A stretch of 64,000 nucleotides of DNA from Planctomycetia bacterium TMED53 (GTDB lineage Bacteria; Planctomycetota; UBA8108; UBA1146): the NCBI GenBank assembly GCA_002167285.1, contig NHDG01000067.1, positions 22,093 to 86,092 of the forward strand, given 5' to 3'. Made by a program: the position numbers and the translations under genes. Numbering within the stretch: the stretch's first letter is position 1; each line of letters begins with the position of its first letter. Under the pieces are notes generated by a model. The model saw only the letters and a program-made list of their open reading frames with translations, was not told the origin of the DNA and did not search any database. This document shows positions 56,501-64,000 of the stretch, piece by piece.

Positions 56501-58568
56501 AAACCTCACCGGCACAAAGAGCCAACAAGAGTTTGTTTCGGTTGAGTTGAAAATCCCCAGCGGCCTGATGCTCGATCAAGAATCTCTAAAAGGGAACTTT
56601 ACCTATAAGGAAATCGACAACGGACTTCTCAAAGTCTGGGGAACACTTCGTTCTAGAATGAATATCAATTTCTCTGTCGTAGCGACAAGCCCCGGTGAAT
56701 ACCGAATGCCGCCTGTCATCATCCGAAGTGTGGCTGAGCCGCAACGGATGACCCTTGGTAAATCACAAGTCCTCACAGTAATAAACTCAGGTGAAACTTC
56801 CCCTGACGATTACAAACCAAGTCCAGATGAAATTTACTCCCGTGGAAGCCGACTCTGGGAAGATAGTCGTTGGCGTGAAGCTCGCAGCACCCTTGAGCCG
56901 CTTTGGGAAGAGTATTCAGATGAATTGCGCTCTAATCCTGCTAGAGAGATCGCGCGAATTCTCATGCTTTCAGCGATGGAGGCTGGGGACAACTCGTCGA
57001 TGGTCTCCTTCTTCGAGATTCTCAAGGAACGAAACCCGGATTTAACTCTCAGCCTTTCCAATTTTATTCGCCTAGGTGAGGCCTACCGCACTCTTGGCGA
57101 GTCCTCCCGATCACTGCAGATTTTCATGGCTGTCAATGAAGCCATCTTCGCCCGCGATCGCAAAGTGAGTGATCTGCTTTCCGAAAGTGATTTGATCCCT
57201 GCACTAAATCTCCTTCAGCAATTGACGATGGAAAATCCTGCCACACCGGCGGTCCTCGCAGCAGAACAATACCTTGCGGATGTCTCTCTTAAGGCATCAG
57301 CCGCAAGAAACGATTTCAAAACTGAAGAGAAGATTCAACTGGGACTTCTCGGGCGCAGGATTCTCTATCGCTTTCTCACCTTGCACGGCGATGATCCGAC
57401 TGCTCCAGATGCAGGCCTTAACTTGGTCAGTAGTTTACTGAGTCGCAAAAATTGGTCATTAGCCCGGCGTGAATCAGAAAGATTGGCACAGCGATACCAA
57501 AAGCCAAGATACCTGGATTCATTCCGTTACACCCAAGCAGTTGCCATGTGGGCACTCGGTGAAGATGAGGCGGCTCTCAACTTGCTGGAACAGATCGCTG
57601 ATAGCCGCTACCCAGTGGCTTCTGGCGGAGAGGTTCCAAGTGAGAATCGAGATCTCGCACTCTTTATCATCGGACAGATTCACCATGCTGCAAATCAACC
57701 GCAGGAAGCTTCCAAGTACTACGAGATGATCAAAGATCAATTCGCCGATGCACGTGATTCACTCAGGCAGATCAATGCCAGAGAATTGGAATTGGATGAA
57801 ATTTCCGAGTTCCGCCCCGGCGAACCCATCTCTATTGAGCTTCGTTACCGAAACATCGAAAATGCAGAGGTCCTCGCTTATAAAGTTAATTTGATGACTC
57901 TTGCGCTCAGAGAACAGGATCTTTCTCGTGTTACAGAGGTCAACCTCAGCGGAATCTCCCCCACCCTCAGTAAAACCGTTGAACTAGGAGCTCAGGGAAC
58001 TGCTGGGGGAACCTTGCCAGCAACTCGGAACATCGATATTCCCATCGAAGATGAAGGCGCATATCTGGTCATCGCTCGAGGCGGAGATGTCCATACATCC
58101 TGTTTGATCCTCGTCAATCGGATGGAGATGGTCGTCAAAGAAACGAATGGATCCTTACGAATCCAGATCGTCGATCCTACCACAGGTAAATTACTTCCAG
58201 ATGTCGAGGTGAGAATCCTCAATCCATTCCGCCCGGGATCAGAGGGCGCCACTTTCGGAACGACTGATCGAAGAGGCTTGGTTCTCGCAAATACCGAAGG
58301 CCCCTACACGGTGATCGCCCGAAGAGGAAAAAGTGATTACGCCTTCCATCGTGCAGTTGGTAGCTATGCGATCAATCTGGACGATCAAGACGGTATCAGG
58401 CAAATGCTTGGTGAAACCTACCTCGGAGTCCAACAGCTACAGATGGAAGATTACTTCGGAAACGTTCTTCAATTTAACGCAGACAATTCTGATAACCGAA
58501 ATCAAATGTGGCGATCGGATGTTGAGAACACTCAGCAGGGAATTCAGATCAAAAAGGCCACAGATTGA
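50571..58568 (+). CDS. Giant secreted alpha-2-macroglobulin-like (COG2373-type) protein flanked by TPR-like regions, no obvious CxEQ thioester
   Basis: 2665 aa. Signal peptide. N-terminal and C-terminal TPR-like helical repeats. Central Ig-like MG-domain repeats (FNVEIPKPLPIQMEF, VRGEQIELKVTAQTWYGKPLAGAPVTIQL). An alpha/alpha-toroid TED-like region with QxxDGSW-type repeat (QQEDGSWSNEKSG). Confidence 0.55.
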   Translation: MRALLHFPQFFLSQTSVSPSTKTDSKAISTLIFLTLFLTLTPSILPAQDEVPLQPVVGSPIPTDLRKTFLSSDLEKGLAILDQLEKDTPDRLQDWLFYRAALLEQSDQSDSALEILTRLESKFPSGAWFHRARFMKARLLVEIGRFGEAQRIIEQETLRLHSEERRQRLAQLLIDEGNLLSEQRDPGVVEDKSRDLRKAYAIYQQVAELNPPSPLLEQALFALVRCSAELNSSQVIADADRYIANFDYRDKQGQEVEEEGYIGKNLLTVLLTRTRAMNPVKKRRALEDLIARIDDEISGHPWRARFFTEESKMSADEIRQEALLRIVHTYSEFASRLAAMRRFLSEAKNHPKYWEIRFDLGNLQQQNSDVEGSIQHWRELFDEIPKEKSDSDLGKLRAGTLFSIGLAYWNIVNLEEALSTFRSYVSEFPDGADWAKSQGYCIDIEAEICERLLYENNFADARTAIAEFSLKYPIHAKTLRLLYLSARTYAQEARQQREESSDTSPAPSEEVSRLFNRTLSELRALNGKYPSTTEGQRALFDVGRILEEDLLKPAEAVEAYRECFGGPFEGQARFRLSELTRVHLSIETERLYRSTDAASFTLDSRNLEEVKVDLFPIDIEAYFRKYQSRNRVEQLDLDLIDPWKTIEVKVKDYEPYRPCSQLVEIPVEGQGTWAVVVTAGEFRATTLVVRTDLDIIVQAGRDDVLIYAQDMVNMKPAVGTRILIATPGPDNQPVIRDVRTGSDGTILLQYDDLDRDDSVRVLAMLDDNSAVAGLGLGNTLVSRGLSPLSHILMSSATYQPGDRVQWSAVIRDLKDQRWIIPGEEAGRVRIFDPEGMEIFRQESVLSSLGTLHGSFELPIGSPMGLWQLQVTSPQGFSTSQSFNVEIPKPLPIQMEFSSTRNVYVRGEQIELKVTAQTWYGKPLAGAPVTIQLPYLNELVEKELILDDQGSAKFDFDSRTAESSTLSFNAYLREEGVQRSLTIPLRQKLWEIALEIPRKGGRFMIGESVPITVKATDLSGEGISREVSLKLTERVRRSNRWNDRNLTELVVKTDESGVAEIRVPLEKAGNLTLKAEGVDRWGHPILAQESIRVYGDSDATELIWLVEDAALVTGEKRELNLHCTGAAGPALMTILGDHLVSHRIIDLRNGKNTITFSVSPEIRSAATLRVAKMDESGLQDAETTFKIRRKLKVNISPPAGPVDPGSEVTLEVETLDLLDQPVSAEIALAVLDASIDDLYPNWFRELNISQSNHDPARILSLSSSCEFRYTGITKTIEQNLLNEMRRIEQQEMEDSVSLGLEVMANADFDPPRESAAKRMLQSRSMAPGSIEKGKVLGGGAAGEFGYRFGRGQAVGGLTAEGGSEAGGGNDEIQVSRYLAFWEGALVTDENGKGSVTFRIPDRSSTWRIRSRGVASGDLFGEEDKEFLSREDLVIESLIPFSAIEGDVITPRIRIFNDTQLQTQAKITLSWPSGDGESQSDANIALLPGMQEVLLERWPALGTEDERPYRIEVQVGDRTYLYNGSVKIQRWGLDVYSLTGWNLEDETTSGKIGFADRESLLDRKLRLTLGSSIDAGLIDRLTSSRDRRMVRSLVVDDHFTIAAKLLGIIEALNISTARGAELKEPIEQDLRQQAENLIRRLVTAQKSRGDWPWLPTKSNTRDSFSDSVTAFVFESLSTARAAGFTVPDTVFNRATPFLEKRFRDTDQGKLNQKAILLAALSSNGSGDFGAANRLHRNRSKLSNAGLAALIRGLNHLQRDTMSQEVALTLLERQQEDGSWSNEKSGSAEMSLYRLPRFLTALCLHALTKTDLAAARSESAARWLKSNLTFYLDRGSALSIAALLRWQGTTAAKQRDCEVTISIAGLENGAQLASLKVGEGKLHDSIVLDLAAGQAELNLTTKLIGDSGAFFTAELTGKYVGYPEFKDRDFSIRDANFLAAAPRMAGRTLPTGFSILKKNEERWRNIVQNLSPGETAQFELNLTGTKSQQEFVSVELKIPSGLMLDQESLKGNFTYKEIDNGLLKVWGTLRSRMNINFSVVATSPGEYRMPPVIIRSVAEPQRMTLGKSQVLTVINSGETSPDDYKPSPDEIYSRGSRLWEDSRWREARSTLEPLWEEYSDELRSNPAREIARILMLSAMEAGDNSSMVSFFEILKERNPDLTLSLSNFIRLGEAYRTLGESSRSLQIFMAVNEAIFARDRKVSDLLSESDLIPALNLLQQLTMENPATPAVLAAEQYLADVSLKASAARNDFKTEEKIQLGLLGRRILYRFLTLHGDDPTAPDAGLNLVSSLLSRKNWSLARRESERLAQRYQKPRYLDSFRYTQAVAMWALGEDEAALNLLEQIADSRYPVASGGEVPSENRDLALFIIGQIHHAANQPQEASKYYEMIKDQFADARDSLRQINARELELDEISEFRPGEPISIELRYRNIENAEVLAYKVNLMTLALREQDLSRVTEVNLSGISPTLSKTVELGAQGTAGGTLPATRNIDIPIEDEGAYLVIARGGDVHTSCLILVNRMEMVVKETNGSLRIQIVDPTTGKLLPDVEVRILNPFRPGSEGATFGTTDRRGLVLANTEGPYTVIARRGKSDYAFHRAVGSYAINLDDQDGIRQMLGETYLGVQQLQMEDYFGNVLQFNADNSDNRNQMWRSDVENTQQGIQIKKATD

Positions 58569-58569
58569 T

Positions 58570-59010
58570 TTAGTGAAGGATATATTCCAGCGCGTCGAAG
58601 ACTTGGTCGGGGTGATCGACCGTAGCCTGGGCGCGTTGGGAAATCTCCTTCAACGCGTGGTGTAGTGAAGGGTCTCTCACCAAAATCAAAGGCTTATCGA
58701 TAGCGAGAGCAATTCCCGCATCCATCGCTGCATTCCATTGGCGGTACTCTTCTCCAAATTGAGCGACCACTACATCGCAACGATTCATCAATACTCGCGT
58801 TCGAAGATTGTTGAATTGAGATGCAAGTTCATCTTTCCAACGGGCATTTGGCTGCTCGCCAAGAATATTTTCACCAATAGCATCACTGAGAGGATGGTCA
58901 TCCTGTGGGCTGACAAATTCCACTGGAAGCTTTCGCTCCTCCGCCTTTGCCTTAAGCCGACCACGCCAATCATCGTGAATTTGTCCGGCAAGATAAACGG
59001 TCAACTTCAT
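58570..59010 (-). CDS. YtoQ-family protein (nucleoside 2-deoxyribosyltransferase-like fold)
   Basis: From the in-frame ATG at 59010: MKLTVYLAGQIHDDWR ... matches the YtoQ N-terminus. The track ORF start at 59136 adds 42 non-conserved residues. Confidence 0.6.
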   Translation of the reverse strand: MKLTVYLAGQIHDDWRGRLKAKAEERKLPVEFVSPQDDHPLSDAIGENILGEQPNARWKDELASQFNNLRTRVLMNRCDVVVAQFGEEYRQWNAAMDAGIALAIDKPLILVRDPSLHHALKEISQRAQATVDHPDQVFDALEYILH

Positions 59011-59042
59011 AGTTCGACTACCTCTCCAAACACAGCTGCTGA

Positions 59043-60998
59043 TCACCTGCGATGATAAATGAGCCATTCTGCCAACAGCGCTAGTAGACCCAACCCCAGT
59101 AACCAAGGCCAGTACTCCCGACGAGCTTCTCCCCATGAAAACCCTCCGGGATTTGCTGAGGCAGCTCCCAGGTTCAATCCTGGACGCGGCTCGATTCGAC
59201 TCTCTTCTAGGGAAAGAAGATTCACTGGCACCTCGAGAGAGAAATCCCCAGCAGAAGTAGCTTCATCGGTGGAAGCTTCGGAGCTTGATCGGAATTGATG
59301 AACTCCCAGATCATCTCCTGCTCTCCAACGCAGAAGGCCATCCTTGTTTAAAGATTCAACTTTGATAGTTCCATTTGGAAACTGGTGGTAGAGCTTTTCG
59401 ACTAATCCACCAGGCCGTGCTTGAATCAAATCACCGCTGCGAATCCCCGAATTCACTCCACTCTCTTGCCGCCCCAAGTCCCTGAGTGCAGCTGTGAAAA
59501 AGAGCGGGAACGAAGGGCTCAAGGGCCAACTGGAATCGAGGATGTCAAAGGAGACCACGATGCCACGGAGCCCATCGGAGGCGAACCTGGAAATCAACGC
59601 GCCCTCACGCACCTCAACCAAAGCACGGGTGCCTTTTCCTCTGGGAAGTGGGCGAGTTTTAAGAATGCGACGATCAAGGGGCGCCATCGAAGAGAAGCGC
59701 AATAAGGGATCATCCGCAGCCCATCGGACGATAGCGGGTTGTTCTACTTCTTCGGGAACCTCTGTCCAAAAAGGAGCGGGTACTGCATCGAAGATGAGAT
59801 GGCCTGTTCCTTGAGGAAGCACCTCGGGAACATTTCGATCCCAGATCGCAACGTCGTAATCTCTAGACAATGTCTCCAAATCGACGTCTTCGAATGAAAG
59901 CCGTTCCACTTTCAAATTGTCGATCACAGAGAGGGCATTTTCCAAAATGAGGTTTTCATCACCAACGAGGAGAACCCTCAAGGGTCTCAATCTCTTCAAG
60001 CTGAGCCAAGCCCTGTTATCGATGGGAAGTGAATCGCCCTCTACGGGCTTCCACTCCACCGCCAATTCACGGATGTCTCCGGCCCGGGTCGAAAAGGTTT
60101 GCAGCCAACGCTCTCCTGCTTCGAGTGTTCTTGAGACGGGATCTTCCAGCACTTCTCCATCTCCTGATAACTCCAAGACCCCTTCCACAAAATCATCGCC
60201 GGTGTTACGCAGTTCGAGTAATACCTTGAGATCTCCCTCTTCGGAAAACTCTCTACGTGCAGCAAATGCAGTGATTCCAACATTCGAGGATGACTCTCCA
60301 ACAATCTCGCTGATTACTGGGACCTCGATAGGGTCACCCTTCCACTCAGGCACCACCCCATCAGAGATGAGAATAATTCTGGCATCCGGCTGGTTAGAAA
60401 GAAGCTCACCCTCTGTCTCCCCATCTCCATCGCCGGCAGTTGGGATTAATTCATCCTGGCGAACGAAGGAGAGAGCCAATTCCATCGCTTCCTCAAAACG
60501 GGTCTCCCCTGAACCGGGTTTGAGTTTCCCGATCTCCCTCTTCAATAAGGACATATCCATCGTCACAGGAGTGAGGGCTTCCGATTTCGCACCAAAAGCG
60601 ATAAGGACTCCCCGTTCACCTTCGATGTCCCCAATTCTTTGAAGGGCTCGATCTTTCACCAGCTGAAATCGCGTTCTTCCATCGGGTTCGATGGAGTTCA
60701 TGCTCGCAGATCTATCGATCAAAATTACATTGAGGCGTGACGTGTCTGAAATCGATCCCCACTCAGGCCGCAGAAGAGCGAGAATCAACAAGATCAGAGT
60801 CAACAATTGAAAGAGAAGCAGTAGGTTTTTCACCAAACGCTGAAATGGTGAACGCACTCGTTCATCTTCTAAGGCACGGGCCCACAACAAGGTGCTTCCC
60901 ACAGTCTGGGGCTGCCGACGGATTTTGAGAAACCACAATAGTAACAGCAGCGGGATCAAAAGTGCCCAGATCAGATATTGAGGAGCACCAAAGATCAT
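59043..60998 (-). CDS. BatA-like aerotolerance-regulator N-terminal domain + VWA domain protein with long C-terminal extension
   Basis: ATG at 60998 forms an ATGA overlap with the DUF58 stop. The BatA N-terminus is MIFGAPQYLIWALLIPLLLLLWFLKIRRQ. VWA MIDAS motif (ILIDRSASM). Confidence 0.72.
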   Translation of the reverse strand: MIFGAPQYLIWALLIPLLLLLWFLKIRRQPQTVGSTLLWARALEDERVRSPFQRLVKNLLLLFQLLTLILLILALLRPEWGSISDTSRLNVILIDRSASMNSIEPDGRTRFQLVKDRALQRIGDIEGERGVLIAFGAKSEALTPVTMDMSLLKREIGKLKPGSGETRFEEAMELALSFVRQDELIPTAGDGDGETEGELLSNQPDARIILISDGVVPEWKGDPIEVPVISEIVGESSSNVGITAFAARREFSEEGDLKVLLELRNTGDDFVEGVLELSGDGEVLEDPVSRTLEAGERWLQTFSTRAGDIRELAVEWKPVEGDSLPIDNRAWLSLKRLRPLRVLLVGDENLILENALSVIDNLKVERLSFEDVDLETLSRDYDVAIWDRNVPEVLPQGTGHLIFDAVPAPFWTEVPEEVEQPAIVRWAADDPLLRFSSMAPLDRRILKTRPLPRGKGTRALVEVREGALISRFASDGLRGIVVSFDILDSSWPLSPSFPLFFTAALRDLGRQESGVNSGIRSGDLIQARPGGLVEKLYHQFPNGTIKVESLNKDGLLRWRAGDDLGVHQFRSSSEASTDEATSAGDFSLEVPVNLLSLEESRIEPRPGLNLGAASANPGGFSWGEARREYWPWLLGLGLLALLAEWLIYHRR

Positions 60999-61894
60999 GT
61001 CAGCCACCGCTTCTGACGCATCCATTCCAGGATCACCTGATCAAATGGAACTGCGGTGCTGACCTCCAGTGGTTGAATACGGAAGCGCTGACAGTGGTTA
61101 CGAAGATCTTGGCGAAACTCCTCAACCGCCCTTCGGTATGCATTCAGAACCGATCTTGTCAGTGTGACATCCACATGCTGCTGCAACTCAGAATCAACTA
61201 GCCTCAAATCTCCTTGCAGCTGAGGTTCGATCTCCGACCCGGCGAGAAGATGAACTAACCAACTATCTCCGCGACTACCTGGAACTTGCCTCAAGGCATC
61301 TTCGAACCCTTGGGGATCTAACAGATCCGAGATGAGGATTTGAATTGAACCCGGGGGACATGCTGCTGCATGGGCACGCAACGATCTGCCAAGGGAAGTC
61401 CCTTTCCCTGGGGGTAACTTTTCGAGGGTATCAATCAAGCGCAAGACGGAACGAGCTCCACGGAGAGCCGGATAAAAGGGGCGCATTTTTTCATCGAAAA
61501 CTCTCAGGTGTACACGATCACCTGAAGATAAAGCAATGGCCCCGAGTGCAGCTGCAATCTGTCGCGCGTGGCGCCACTTATTCGGTTCACCGATCTGCAT
61601 CGAGGCGGATGCGTCTAATAACAGGAAGACATTTCGTTCTTCCTCTTCCTCGAACAGTTTAATGAAGAGCTTTTCTAGTCTGCCGAAGATATTCCAATCC
61701 AGATGACGGAGATCGTCTCCTGGGGTGTAGTCTTTGTGATCAGCAAACTCTGTAGAAATTCCGCGTCGCCGTGAACGTTTTTCGCCGCGAACCCTTCCCT
61801 GAATCACAGTACGTGAGAAGAGAACCAACTTGGCACAACGGGCCAGAAATTCTTCATCCAGCAGGGGGGCCTTTTCAGACCCAGCTTCATTCAT
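60995..61894 (-). CDS. DUF58 protein (MoxR-associated VWA-like)
   Basis: Conserved DUF58 core (GISTEFADHKDYTPGDDLRHLDW ... LLDASASM). There is a 4-nt overlap with moxR. Confidence 0.75.
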   Translation of the reverse strand: MNEAGSEKAPLLDEEFLARCAKLVLFSRTVIQGRVRGEKRSRRRGISTEFADHKDYTPGDDLRHLDWNIFGRLEKLFIKLFEEEEERNVFLLLDASASMQIGEPNKWRHARQIAAALGAIALSSGDRVHLRVFDEKMRPFYPALRGARSVLRLIDTLEKLPPGKGTSLGRSLRAHAAACPPGSIQILISDLLDPQGFEDALRQVPGSRGDSWLVHLLAGSEIEPQLQGDLRLVDSELQQHVDVTLTRSVLNAYRRAVEEFRQDLRNHCQRFRIQPLEVSTAVPFDQVILEWMRQKRWLT

Positions 61895-62901
61895 GCGCCA
61901 GCCACCGCTGAATCGTCCATCTCGGAAGTCTGCTCGACGACCTCAGCTACAATTTCATCGACGGGAATACCTTCTGCTTCCCCTTCAAAACCGAGCAGAA
62001 CCCTGTGGCGGAGAGCTGCCGGGGCTGTTCTACGCACGTCTTCAAAACTGACGTGAAGTCTTTGATCGAGAGCTGCTCGTACCTTTGCCCCCAATAGCAG
62101 TGATTGCACTCCCCTGGGGCTAGCCCCGTATCGAACCCAGCGCTTGACCTGCTCCGTGGCAAACTCCGATTCGGGGTGAGTTGCCAACAACAATCGCACC
62201 GCAAAATCTTGTACGTGTGGAGCGGCTTCAACACGGCGGACACAATCCCTGTGAGCAAGAATCTTGTCGCCATCCAAGACGGCCTCAACTTGAGCAGAAT
62301 GTTGGCCCGTGGTTCGGGTCAAAACTTCGTTCAATTCTTCCCTTTTAGGAAAGGGTACGTGAACTTTAAAGAGGAACCTGTCCAACTGCGCTTCTGGAAG
62401 TGGATAAGTTCCATCCATCTCCAAGGGGTTTTGAGTCGCTAGTACGATGAAAGGTTGGTCGAGCTGATGGGTTTCTCCGCCAGCGGTGACCTCTCCTTCC
62501 TGCATCGCTTCGAGCAGTGCAGATTGTGTTTTTGGCGTGGCACGGTTGACCTCGTCGGCAAGGACGATCTGGGCAAAGATGGGCCCTTTTTGAAAAACAA
62601 AATCTTTCTTGCCGCGCTCATCCTCGGTAACGATTCGGGTACCGGTGATATCTGCAGGCATCAAATCTGGAGTGAACTGAATCCTCGAGTAATCGAGATC
62701 GAGGGAACCGCTTAGGGTTCTCACTAGCAAGGTTTTACCCAAACCTGGAACTCCCTCGAGGAGACAATGGCCACCTGCAAAAAGAGCAATTAGTACCGTC
62801 TCAACCACTTCGTCCTGACCGACGAGAACCTTCCCCACCTCTTCACGAACACGGTGAAAATCTGACTTGAGCAGTTCCAGGGATTGATCTGCGTTACTCA
62901 T
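61891..62901 (-). CDS. MoxR-family AAA+ ATPase
   Basis: Walker A GVPGLGKT, Walker B region and the MoxR-specific C-terminal helical region. Confidence 0.85.
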   Translation of the reverse strand: MSNADQSLELLKSDFHRVREEVGKVLVGQDEVVETVLIALFAGGHCLLEGVPGLGKTLLVRTLSGSLDLDYSRIQFTPDLMPADITGTRIVTEDERGKKDFVFQKGPIFAQIVLADEVNRATPKTQSALLEAMQEGEVTAGGETHQLDQPFIVLATQNPLEMDGTYPLPEAQLDRFLFKVHVPFPKREELNEVLTRTTGQHSAQVEAVLDGDKILAHRDCVRRVEAAPHVQDFAVRLLLATHPESEFATEQVKRWVRYGASPRGVQSLLLGAKVRAALDQRLHVSFEDVRRTAPAALRHRVLLGFEGEAEGIPVDEIVAEVVEQTSEMDDSAVAGA

Positions 62902-63068
62902 CGATAGCTCCTTTGGGCAAGACTATCACCAGCATCTCTGATATCGACCCTGAGAGCAAGGAATCGGTCAAACTCGTGATTCTACGGAATTTTGCCAACC
63001 CTCTCTCCTGACGCGAATGCTTCGTGATACACTCCCCGTCTTGACCCAATTGAATAGCGAGGAATGTC

Positions 63069-64000
63069 ATGATCGCGAAATCCTTGATGCTTCTTCTCAG
63101 TGGATTACTGCTACTCTCCGGTTGCGGGGGAACCCCCGTACGCAAGCTGGAAGAATCCAAATCACCCACTCCTTCACCGGTGGAGAACGCTCCACAGGTT
63201 GAAACCTCGACAGTGGCCAGCGAAATCCGACCCGCTATTCAGGATGGATCTATCACTCCGAATACGACACCGACGTCAGGGGATGCACAGCTGGTCAATC
63301 CGCCTACCATTGCGACTCCGATTACCACTCCAGAGCCCCTCTCTGAAAAGGATTCGATGACGACTGTGACCATCGATCCATCACAGGTTGAAAAACTGGT
63401 TCTGATGAATGGTTCCGGCCCCTTGGAGATTTGCCGAGATCCGCAGGCAAGCACCATCTCATTTACTGCAGAGGTGATCAGCCGTGCGGTCGGACTCGAT
63501 CGTGCCCGCGAACTCGCTTCCGGAGTTCGAGTCCTTCTCGATAACACTGCACCCGGCCGCTATCGCGCCCGTATCATCGAGCCTCAATTGCAAGAACGAG
63601 AAGAGTGCCTCATCGATTTGAAGGTCACCCTTCCCGCAGATGACTCCGTGGATTTCGATCTCGACATTCAAGATAGTGACGGGTCGATCGCCATCGAGGG
63701 GTTCAAAGGCAACCTTTCTATCACCAGCCTCAAAGGAGCGATCGAAATCTTCCAGGCGGTGGGCAACGTCGATCTCAGCAGCGGTACCGGGCCCTGTAAT
63801 GTGATCGGCGTCGAAGGCTCCCTCAAGATCCGTGATGGCGCTGGAGCTTGTCGCGTCAGTGAGATCACCGGCCCCATCGAAATTTGGGGGCGGGAGGGAG
63901 AACTCGAGGTTCGTTACGTCACCGGTGAAGTACTTTTGATCGATGGCAGAGATGGTGCCACCGTCCAAAGCATCGAAGGCGATGTAACCCTCTTCGGTTT
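63069..64000 (+). CDS. Lipoprotein with DUF4097-like beta-helical adhesin repeats (3' end outside window)
   Basis: An ATG at 63069 opens a stop-free frame to the end of the window (it is not in the ORF track because it runs off the end). There is a signal peptide with lipobox LLLSGC, a Pro/Thr-rich linker and repeated G-x-[IV]-x-[IV] rungs (IEGFKGNLSITSLKGAIEI ... VGNVDLSS ... IEGDVTLFG). The 169-aa minus-strand ORF 63459..63968 is its antisense shadow. Confidence 0.55.
   Translation, partial: MIAKSLMLLLSGLLLLSGCGGTPVRKLEESKSPTPSPVENAPQVETSTVASEIRPAIQDGSITPNTTPTSGDAQLVNPPTIATPITTPEPLSEKDSMTTVTIDPSQVEKLVLMNGSGPLEICRDPQASTISFTAEVISRAVGLDRARELASGVRVLLDNTAPGRYRARIIEPQLQEREECLIDLKVTLPADDSVDFDLDIQDSDGSIAIEGFKGNLSITSLKGAIEIFQAVGNVDLSSGTGPCNVIGVEGSLKIRDGAGACRVSEITGPIEIWGREGELEVRYVTGEVLLIDGRDGATVQSIEGDVTLFG

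Noticed and set aside
63459-63968. 169-aa minus-strand ORF at the window end
   Set aside because: A stop-free plus-strand frame from ATG 63069 encodes a lipobox signal peptide and DUF4097-like repeats. The minus ORF is its shadow.
1-64000. tRNA/rRNA genes, transposases, integrases, toxin-antitoxin pairs
   Set aside because: I scanned intergenic regions by eye for T-loop GGTTCGAATCC-like motifs and ORFs for DDE/tyrosine-recombinase signatures and found none. A covariance-model search (tRNAscan/Infernal) would be needed to exclude small RNAs.

Overview
This 64 kb window reads as a gene-dense chromosomal segment of a moderately GC-rich bacterium (about 55-58% GC by eye). I infer Planctomycetota-like ancestry from the PSCyt1/DUF1549/DUF1553 + DUF1501 gene pair, the many dockerin-tailed secreted proteins and the frequent TTG/GTG starts. 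I found no rRNA, tRNA, CRISPR array, transposase or integrase. In order along the window: (1) the 5' part of an F-type ATP synthase operon (atpZ-like, atpI, atpB, atpE, minus strand); (2) a secreted TPR/MA-clan metallopeptidase, and clpC with a clear intrinsic terminator; (3) a ~12 kb co-directional minus-strand block that encodes a complete trans-4-hydroxy-L-proline catabolic route (epimerase, two-component D-Hyp dehydrogenase, DapA-family Pyr4H2C deaminase, alpha-ketoglutarate-semialdehyde dehydrogenase), interleaved with a class-III-type ABC importer (fused ATPase-permease), a GT4 glycosyltransferase and an EamA exporter, and flanked by eukaryote-type NADP-isocitrate dehydrogenase; (4) the divergent mutM/topA pair, where topA carries a Lys-rich histone-H1-like tail; (5) a low-GC islet encoding a secreted alpha/beta-hydrolase and a 7-repeat FG-GAP propeller protein with a dockerin-like tail; (6) a complete eukaryote-type tryptophan-to-kynurenine-to-3-hydroxyanthranilate-to-2-aminomuconate pathway, with kynB, kynA, KMO, kynU, ACMSD and HAAO in one minus-strand operon and an SDR + AMMSDH + RidA-deaminase trio on the plus strand; (7) a PSCyt1-DUF1549-DUF1553 / DUF1501 pair and a GNAT gene; (8) two tandem secreted proteins that share a distinctive C-terminal dockerin-pair + PPxPFP + Cys module with the FG-GAP protein; (9) a rhodanese-ThiF/MoeB fusion with reversed domain order; (10) a 2665-aa alpha-2-macroglobulin-like giant protein preceded by four copies of a 15-bp tandem repeat; (11) YtoQ, a BatA-VWA / DUF58 / MoxR operon and a partial DUF4097-like lipoprotein. 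The candidates I consider most worth follow-up are the conserved C-terminal module as a possible new sorting/anchoring signal, the kynurenine-pathway cluster with its adjacent SDR as a candidate for the unassigned 2-aminomuconate-processing step, and the tandem-repeat-controlled giant A2M-like gene.
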